Source of the DNA: Spirochaetia bacterium
GTDB taxonomy: Bacteria > Spirochaetota > Spirochaetia > DSM-16054 > Sediminispirochaetaceae
Reading direction: 5' to 3'
DNA: 64,000 nt
Assembly (NCBI GenBank): GCA_034520965.1
Contig: JAXHMY010000002.1
Coordinates: 384,001 to 448,000 of the forward strand
In this document: one piece after another, positions 63,094 to 64,000 of the stretch
Numbering within the stretch: the stretch's first letter is position 1
Layout of the letters: the number at the start of each line of letters is the position of its first letter
Notes under the pieces: generated by a model
Told to the model about the DNA's origin: nothing
Databases searched by the model: none
What the model saw: the letters and a program-made list of their open reading frames with translations, nothing else
Made by a program: the position numbers and the translations under genes

Positions 63094-63841
63094 ATGAACA
63101 TACCCATCCTCTATCAGGATTCATCACTGGTGGTCATTGATAAACCCTCTGGGCTGCTTATGCATCCGAACCACTATACCCAAAACCAGCCTAACTGTAT
63201 AAATATATTGGGGGGGATCGTTCAAAAAAAGGTACTCATTTGCCACCGGCTTGACCGCCGTACCTCCGGGGCAGTTGTTTTTGCCCTGCGGAAGGACGCG
63301 GCCACCTCAATTACAACTCAATTTAAAGAGCATAAAGTCGAAAAACGTTACCTGGCACTCGTCCGCGGACACTTAGCCGATGAGGTTTTCACCGACCGTC
63401 CAATCCGGGATTTTTATAGCGATGAGAAAAAGTATGTACAGGCTGAAAGCCGGATAAAGCCGCTGGCCCACGGCGCGTTGCCCCAGGACTTACTGCCGAC
63501 CGAGATGCGGGAACTACGTGAGACCCGCTATACCCTGGTCCAGGTAGAACTGCTGACCGGTAAAACCCACCAGGCCCGCAGCCATCTGGACGGCTTGGGT
63601 CGTCCGGTTATCGGTGCATAATCTGCATGGGGATAAACGTCAAAACCAGTTGTTTCAAGAAGTATTTGCAAGCGAAGAGATGTTTCTACGATCCTGTTTC
63701 TTACAATTCACGCACCCGGCGACTCAGAAAACCCTTTCGGTGAGCCTGGGAGCAGCGGAAAGCTGGCTTACGGTACTGAAGCAGCTGCAATTTCCGTCTG
63801 AGCATACCCTCTTTAGGGAGGCGCAGGTTACTCTGTCTTAA
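63094..63841 (+). CDS. RluA/TruC-family pseudouridine synthase (frameshifted)
   Basis: IDKPSGL, HRLDRRTSG, KRYLALV, TGKTHQ.R. Confidence 0.88.
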
Positions 63842-64000
63842 GCGACTGAACTCAGCTCAATTCGTATCTGGATCCTTTTAAAGCCCAGTATTACTTTCAG
63901 CTCAGCCCTCTTCGGCAAGCAATTTATATGCAACCTCTTTCTCATGCGGGTAGAGATCCGGAGGCATCTTTTCTTTCCAGGGCCATTGCAATAACATACC

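Noticed and set aside
63838..64000. 3' end of a minus-strand gene at the window edge
   Set aside because: Too short to fix the reading frame or name a product.

Overview
This looks like a chromosomal region of a free-living spirochaete (Spirochaetia-like). The evidence is a Borrelia-like tsaD-deacetylase-rpoS-flgJ-flgI-flgA-flgG-flgF block with no flgH, and a sigma54 promoter in front of the rpoS-like gene. A ~34.2 kb genomic island sits in a tRNA-Thr(CGT) gene, bounded by an exact 48-bp direct repeat (8842..8889 and 43038..43085). The island has four parts. (i) A tyrosine integrase, excisionase and AEP primase-like module, cut off by an IS256 remnant. (ii) A LacI-regulated nucleoside/pentoside ABC uptake cluster with nucleoside hydrolase and ribokinase. 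(iii) A minus-strand defence cluster: Lamassu/ABC-three-component genes, a DUF499-small protein-DUF1156 methylase-PLD/SNF2 restriction-like system that runs straight into a GmrSD-like gene and a SIR2-like gene, then a GIY-YIG-like orphan and an Lhr-helicase fragment. (iv) A ~1.1 kb non-coding right end with an integron attC-like site just upstream of Lamassu, two further attC-like half-sites and a nested ~300-bp palindrome. Right of the island lie cNMP-binding regulators, an Mla/Mce-type transporter cluster, a candidate anti-Shine-Dalgarno small RNA, a GH36 alpha-galactosidase and housekeeping genes. Many genes, including housekeeping ones, are split by single-base indels that look like sequencing errors, so split ORFs are merged into one feature each. 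All family calls come from motif recognition by eye; no database search was run.
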